From: Gemmatimonadaceae bacterium
Lineage (GTDB): Bacteria > Gemmatimonadota > Gemmatimonadetes > Gemmatimonadales > Gemmatimonadaceae
NCBI GenBank assembly: GCA_033763905.1
Contig: JANRJP010000010.1
Location: forward strand, 1-11,109
Reading direction: 5' to 3'
DNA length: 11,109 nucleotides
In this document: positions 7,392-11,109 of the stretch, in pieces
How positions within the stretch are numbered: position 1 is the stretch's first letter
Layout: every line of letters begins with the position of its first letter
The notes under the pieces: generated by a model
What the model saw: only the letters and a program-made list of their open reading frames with translations
The model's database searches: none
Told to the model about the DNA's origin: nothing
Position numbers and translations under genes: made by a program

Positions 7392-8687
7392 ATGGGCATC
7401 ATTCAGGCCAGTATTCCGCTGTTCTTCTTGCTGATCGGCGCCGAGTTGCTGGTGGCGTGGTGGCGTCGCGACCGGGTGTACCGGTTCACCGACTCGATCA
7501 GCGATCTGTCGTGCGGCATCCTGAGCCAGCTCTCGGGGCTCTTCACGAAGTTGGGGTTGCTCGTGGCCTACGCGTGGACGTTCGACCACGCGCGCCTGCA
7601 GCGGTTTCTCTCGCTGCCCGAGTGGCCGGTTGGCCCGTGGTGGGACGGAAGCGTGCGCTGGGGCAACATCGCCGCCTGGTGGCTGGCCTTCGTGCTCGTG
7701 GATCTGGCCTACTACTGGATGCACCGGCTGTCGCACGAGGTGAACATCCTGTGGGCGGGGCACGTGGTGCACCATTCGAGCGAGGAGTACAACCTCACGG
7801 TGGCGCTGCGGCAGAGCTCGCTGCACGGCCTGCTGAGCTGGGTCTTCTACGTCCCGCTGGCGCTGCTGGGTGTGCCGTTCGTGCTGTTTGCTACCACCTA
7901 CGCCCTCAACCTGATCTATCAGTTCTGGATCCACACGCGCGAAGTTGGTACGCTCGGTGCCGCCGCCGAGGCCGTGCTCAATACGCCGTCCCATCATCGC
8001 GTGCACCACGGCGTGAACCCGCAGTATCAGGACCGCAACTACGCGGGCGTCTTCATTACGTGGGATCGGCTCTTCGGGACCTTCACCCGTGAGGTAGAGC
8101 CGCCGGTGTACGGGCTGACCAAGCCGCTGGCGAGCTGGAACCCGGTCTGGGCAAACGTCCACGTGTTCGTGGACATCGCCAAGGGCGTCTGGCGCGGGAA
8201 GACCTGGCGCGACCGCTGGCGCGTGGTGTTCGGCCGACCGTCCGAGCAGGACGGCGCGGCCGAGGTGCTGGCGGCGGTGCAGGGCGTGACGCCGGAGCGA
8301 TTCCAGAAGTTCGATCCGTCCGCCGCGCGTCCGGTGCGGTGGTATGCCGGGGTGCACTTCTTGGCCGCGCTGCTGGCCAGCGTTCGGCTGCTGCAGGTCG
8401 GGGATTCGCTCGAGCCCCTCGCGCTGGCGGCGCTGGTGTTCTACGTCGCGCTCAACCTGGCAAACATCGGGGCGCTGCTGGAGGGGCAGCGCTGGGGGGT
8501 GCGGAGCGAACTCGCTCGGCTGGCGGCGCTGGGGGCGGCGGGAGGCGCCCTGCTGGTGGTCGGCGCTTCCGGCGCTTGGGTCGGTTGGGCGCTCCTGCTG
8601 GGGTCGGCGGCCTCCGCCGTGTGGCTCCTGGGGATCCGGCAGCACCTCAATCAGCCGACACAGATGGCTCCCGCACTGACGATGTAA
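7392..8687 (+). CDS. Sterol desaturase/fatty-acid hydroxylase superfamily membrane di-iron enzyme, alkylglycerol monooxygenase-like (431 aa)
   Basis: His boxes HRLSHE, HVVHH, WIH and HHRVHH. Flanking motifs SSEEYNLTVALRQS, DRNYAGVFITWDRLFGTF and VYGLTKP. C-terminal KFDP followed by further TM helices. Confidence 0.92.
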   Translation: MGIIQASIPLFFLLIGAELLVAWWRRDRVYRFTDSISDLSCGILSQLSGLFTKLGLLVAYAWTFDHARLQRFLSLPEWPVGPWWDGSVRWGNIAAWWLAFVLVDLAYYWMHRLSHEVNILWAGHVVHHSSEEYNLTVALRQSSLHGLLSWVFYVPLALLGVPFVLFATTYALNLIYQFWIHTREVGTLGAAAEAVLNTPSHHRVHHGVNPQYQDRNYAGVFITWDRLFGTFTREVEPPVYGLTKPLASWNPVWANVHVFVDIAKGVWRGKTWRDRWRVVFGRPSEQDGAAEVLAAVQGVTPERFQKFDPSAARPVRWYAGVHFLAALLASVRLLQVGDSLEPLALAALVFYVALNLANIGALLEGQRWGVRSELARLAALGAAGGALLVVGASGAWVGWALLLGSAASAVWLLGIRQHLNQPTQMAPALTM

Positions 8688-8793
8688 CGTGCGTGCGAAT
8701 TTCTTATTGCACGGAACCGTGCTGCGGCGTTCAGGGTTACTGTGGAGTGTCGATACTGGGGAAGAGCCCCGTGTCCTCCTGCTCCTCCCCCCG

Positions 8794-9012
8794 ATGCTGC
8801 ATCCCGCCGACTTCACGACCTTCACCTCGCTCCCCGACGTGACCGCCATTCAGGCGATCGAAGGGGTGCTGGGTCGGTTCGTGCACGAAGCGGCGCCGCG
8901 GCACGCGGACGACCTCGACGCCGACGCGCTGATGCTGCGCGCGGTGATCGCCAGCGCGACCTGTGCTGACGACGACGAGATCGCCCCCGTGCCTGCGTCG
9001 CTGGCCGCCTGA
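8794..9012 (+). CDS. Small acidic hypothetical protein (72 aa)
   Basis: ATG 8794 to TGA 9012 with GC3-rich host-like codons. Fills the gap between two genes, and its stop overlaps the probable start of the next gene. An upstream GTG start at 8689 is possible but runs through AT-rich regulatory-looking DNA. Confidence 0.65.
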   Translation: MLHPADFTTFTSLPDVTAIQAIEGVLGRFVHEAAPRHADDLDADALMLRAVIASATCADDDEIAPVPASLAA

Positions 9013-10052
9013 GCTCACACGCCGCCCCCGCGTCCCTCGTCATCCAGACGTCATTTCTGGGTGACGTGGTGCTGACCACGCCGCTGCTGCGGACGTTGGC
9101 CGAGCGTGGGCCGGTGGATGTGGTCGTGACGGCGGCCGCCGCCCCGCTCCTGCGGGGGCATCCGGCGGTGCGCGAGGTGATCGTCTTCGACAAGCGCGGG
9201 GCCGATCGCGGCCTGGGCGGCATCCGCCGCCTCGCGCAGCGGCTGCGGCAGCTACCGACTGGCGAGCCGCGTCAGATTGCCACCGCCTACTTCGCGCAGA
9301 AGTCGCTGCGGTCGGCGGTGCTCCCGGTGCTGGCGGGGATTCCGCGCCGTGTGGGGTGGGCCGATTCCGGCCCTGGGCGCCTGTTCTATACGGATCGCAT
9401 TCCGTACGAGACCGCCAAGCACCACGCCGAGCGGTGTTGGGCCTTGGCGTTCCCGAGCGGCGTTCCCGCGGGGGCCACGATGCCGGCGCCGTTGCTCGTG
9501 CCCGGCGACGCCGAGCGCGCGGTGGCCGATGCGGTGCTGGCCCGCGGTACTGGCCGCCCGTGGATCGCGCTGTCGCCGGGCTCGGTGTGGGGCACGAAGC
9601 GCTGGCCGTACTACGCCGAGTTGGCGCGCGCCTTGAGTGAGCGGGCAGATCTCGTCGTGATCGGTGGCCCGTCCGAGCGCGAGCTCGCGGCGCAGGTGGT
9701 GGCGGCCGTGCCCGCAGGTCGCGTGGTGGTGGACGGCACGAGCGGGTTGTCGTTGCTGGCGTCTGCCGAGGTGATTTGTCGTGCGGCGGTGCTGGTGACG
9801 AACGATTCCGCGCCGCTGCATCTGGCGTCGGCGGTGGGAACGCCGAGCGTGGCGATCTTCGGCCCCACGGTGCCGGCGTTCGGGTTCGGCCCGCTGTCGG
9901 CGGGCTCGGTGATCGTGGAGCACGGATCGATGCCGTGTCGGCCCTGTCATCATCACGGGCCGCCGGTGTGCCCGCTGGGGCACTTCAAGTGTATGCGGGA
10001 GATCGGGGTGGAGCGTGTGGCTGCGGTGGTGGAGCGCGTGCTGGCGAGGTAG
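9009..10052 (+). CDS. waaF: Glycosyltransferase family 9, LPS heptosyltransferase II (WaaF/RfaF)-like (about 347 aa), probable CTG start
   Basis: N-terminal LVIQTSFLGDVVLTTPLL, HHAER, PGSVWGTKRWP, TNDSAPLHLASAVGTPSVAIFGPT and CRPC...CPLGHFKCM motifs. The conserved first strand lies upstream of the ORF-track GTG 9066. Confidence 0.88.
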   Translation: MSSHAAPASLVIQTSFLGDVVLTTPLLRTLAERGPVDVVVTAAAAPLLRGHPAVREVIVFDKRGADRGLGGIRRLAQRLRQLPTGEPRQIATAYFAQKSLRSAVLPVLAGIPRRVGWADSGPGRLFYTDRIPYETAKHHAERCWALAFPSGVPAGATMPAPLLVPGDAERAVADAVLARGTGRPWIALSPGSVWGTKRWPYYAELARALSERADLVVIGGPSERELAAQVVAAVPAGRVVVDGTSGLSLLASAEVICRAAVLVTNDSAPLHLASAVGTPSVAIFGPTVPAFGFGPLSAGSVIVEHGSMPCRPCHHHGPPVCPLGHFKCMREIGVERVAAVVERVLAR

Positions 10053-10107
10053 TGGTCGTCTTCTCGCTGATGCTGCGACGGAATGCACCAGCCTGCAGCG
10101 TTCGTAT

Positions 10108-10136
10108 TTGACCAAATTGGTCAGAGTGTCCAGATT
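10108..10136 (+). promoter_or_regulatory. TA promoter with overlapping palindromic operator
   Basis: TTGACC(10108-10113)-17 nt-CAGATT(10131-10136), 6 nt before ATG 10143. Perfect 7-1-7 inverted repeat TGACCAA-A-TTGGTCA at 10109-10123. Confidence 0.8.
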
Positions 10137-10142
10137 CGACTG

Positions 10143-10424
10143 ATGCCCAAGAAGCGGATCTACTCGTTGTACGAAGCGAAGACGCAGCTCTCGGCCATCG
10201 TCCGTCGGGTTCGCGAAGGCGAGTCCGTTGTGGTCACCGTGCACGGGAGTCCGGTCGCCGAGATTCGTCCGGTCCCTGCGCCTGCGGAGAGTCTCGAGGA
10301 TCGGATTCGATCGCTGATTGATCGTGGGGTGATCACGCCGCCCGAGACCAGCGTATCCCCGCGCATCTCCCGCGTCGGACGCAAGCCGGGGGCGCTGAGA
10401 AGGTTTCTCGACGATCGCGACTGA
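10143..10424 (+). CDS. Type II antitoxin, Phd/YefM family (93 aa)
   Basis: YSLYEAKTQLSAIVRRVREGESVVVTVHGSPVAEIRPV is a Phd/YefM DNA-binding domain. TGATG overlap with the downstream PIN gene. Confidence 0.93.
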   Translation: MPKKRIYSLYEAKTQLSAIVRRVREGESVVVTVHGSPVAEIRPVPAPAESLEDRIRSLIDRGVITPPETSVSPRISRVGRKPGALRRFLDDRD

Positions 10425-10804
10425 TGTCCGTCGCGTACGTCGACTCGTCGTGCATCCTTGCGGTTGCGCTCGCCGAACCGGCCGCGAGAAGCGTCGAGCG
10501 CCGGATGGCGCAGTTCGACTACTTGCTCTCGTCCAATCTGGCGGAAGCCGAAGTACGGGCCGCACTGCGCCGTGAATTCGGCACGAGCACCGGATTCAGT
10601 CGGGGCGCGATTCACTGGGCGGATTCGCCGACGACGCTGAGCGCACAGATCGCGGCGGTGCTGGAAGCGGGGTATGTCCGCGGCGCGGATTGCTGGCACT
10701 TGGCAACCGCGCTGTACCTCGCGCCGACAGCGGGCGAGTTGACCTTCCTGACGCTTGATGCGCGGCAGCGGAAGGTCGCGGCCGCACTGGGGTTCAGCGT
10801 GTAG
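10424..10804 (+). CDS. vapC: Type II toxin, VapC/PIN-domain ribonuclease (126 aa)
   Basis: PIN acidic residues in YVDSS, AEAEV, RGADCWHLATA and TLDARQ. Coupled to the antitoxin. Confidence 0.92.
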   Translation: MSVAYVDSSCILAVALAEPAARSVERRMAQFDYLLSSNLAEAEVRAALRREFGTSTGFSRGAIHWADSPTTLSAQIAAVLEAGYVRGADCWHLATALYLAPTAGELTFLTLDARQRKVAAALGFSV

Positions 10805-11109
10805 CGTCGGGCGAGTCCTGCGCTACGCGCCACCGCCCCACCGCCTCCACCACCGCCGCGACCGTCACCCGCGCCATTCGCCCTTCGCGCCGCGCCGTCG
10901 ACGACGGATAATCCTCCCCCGCGTCCCCGTACGCATCGATCGTCGACCACGCCGGCTGTCGATACGGACCCACCCACTTCGGGTTCGTGCTGCCGTAGAG
11001 CCCAATCACCGGCCGACCCAGCGCGACTGCCATATGCAGCGGTCCGGTGTCTGGCGCAATCACCAGCGCCGCGCGCTCAAGCAAGCCCAGCGCATTCCCA
11101 ACGCCAGAG
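10794..11109 (-). CDS. Partial (C-terminus) glycosyltransferase family 9 heptosyltransferase
   Basis: Frame is open to the window edge: ...SGVGNALGLLERAALVIAPDTGPLHMAVALGRPVIGLYGSTNPKWVGPY carries the GT9 D(S/T)GPxH signature. Stop TGA at 10796-10794. Confidence 0.9.
   Translation of the reverse strand, partial: SGVGNALGLLERAALVIAPDTGPLHMAVALGRPVIGLYGSTNPKWVGPYRQPAWSTIDAYGDAGEDYPSSTARREGRMARVTVAAVVEAVGRWRVAQDSPDATR
10797..10830. other. Imperfect hairpin at the convergent vapC / GT9 junction
   Basis: GCGTGTAGCG(10797-10806) pairs with CGCTACGCGC(10821-10830) with one G-U. Inner CGGG/CCTG pairing is possible. No U-tract. Confidence 0.35.

Noticed and set aside
6255..8849. 864-aa minus-strand ORF
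   Set aside because: Antisense shadow of the mlaD, flavoprotein and AGMO-like genes. Arg/Gln/His-rich with no motifs, as expected from stop-poor reverse frames in GC-rich DNA.
9252..10565. 437-aa minus-strand ORF and other antisense ORFs (116-994, 1350-2138, 1928-2875, 5341-6282)
   Set aside because: Shadows of well-supported genes with no recognisable domains.
10826..10862. CCACCGCC-like short repeats
   Set aside because: Explained by Val/Ala/Gly codons (GTG/GCG/GGG) of the minus-strand GT9 C-terminus.
1..11109. CRISPR array, tandem repeat array, retron/RT or dedicated anti-phage system
   Set aside because: No regularly spaced repeats and no cas, RT or recombinase motifs found by eye. The only nuclease is the VapC PIN toxin.

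Overview
GC-rich, gene-dense bacterial chromosomal window. The organism is diderm (LPS heptosyltransferases, MCE system); the protein styles suggest Gemmatimonadota, but that is inference only. Left to right: (1) a minus-strand Ytr-type operon (YtrA-like GntR repressor, ABC ATPase, permease, secreted membrane-anchored protein, partial membrane protein), all linked by stop/start overlaps and preceded by a palindromic operator; (2) a divergent stand-alone receiver-domain protein; (3) tRNA-Gly(CCC) with promoter and terminator; (4) an MgtC/SapB-DUF4010 membrane protein; (5) a probable operon of mlaE, a long MCE/mlaD, a flavin-binding split-barrel protein and a full-length alkylglycerol-monooxygenase(AGMO)-like di-iron enzyme; (6) a small acidic ORF ending in -LAA whose stop overlaps a probable CTG start of a WaaF-like GT9 heptosyltransferase; (7) a Phd/YefM-VapC toxin-antitoxin pair between two convergent GT9 genes. 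No CRISPR, transposase, integrase or phage gene was seen. Best leads: the MCE + flavoprotein + AGMO-like unit (possible ether-lipid uptake/cleavage), the small ORF/CTG-start coupling upstream of waaF, and recurrent leaderless-type promoters. All family calls come from motif recognition by eye, not database searches.
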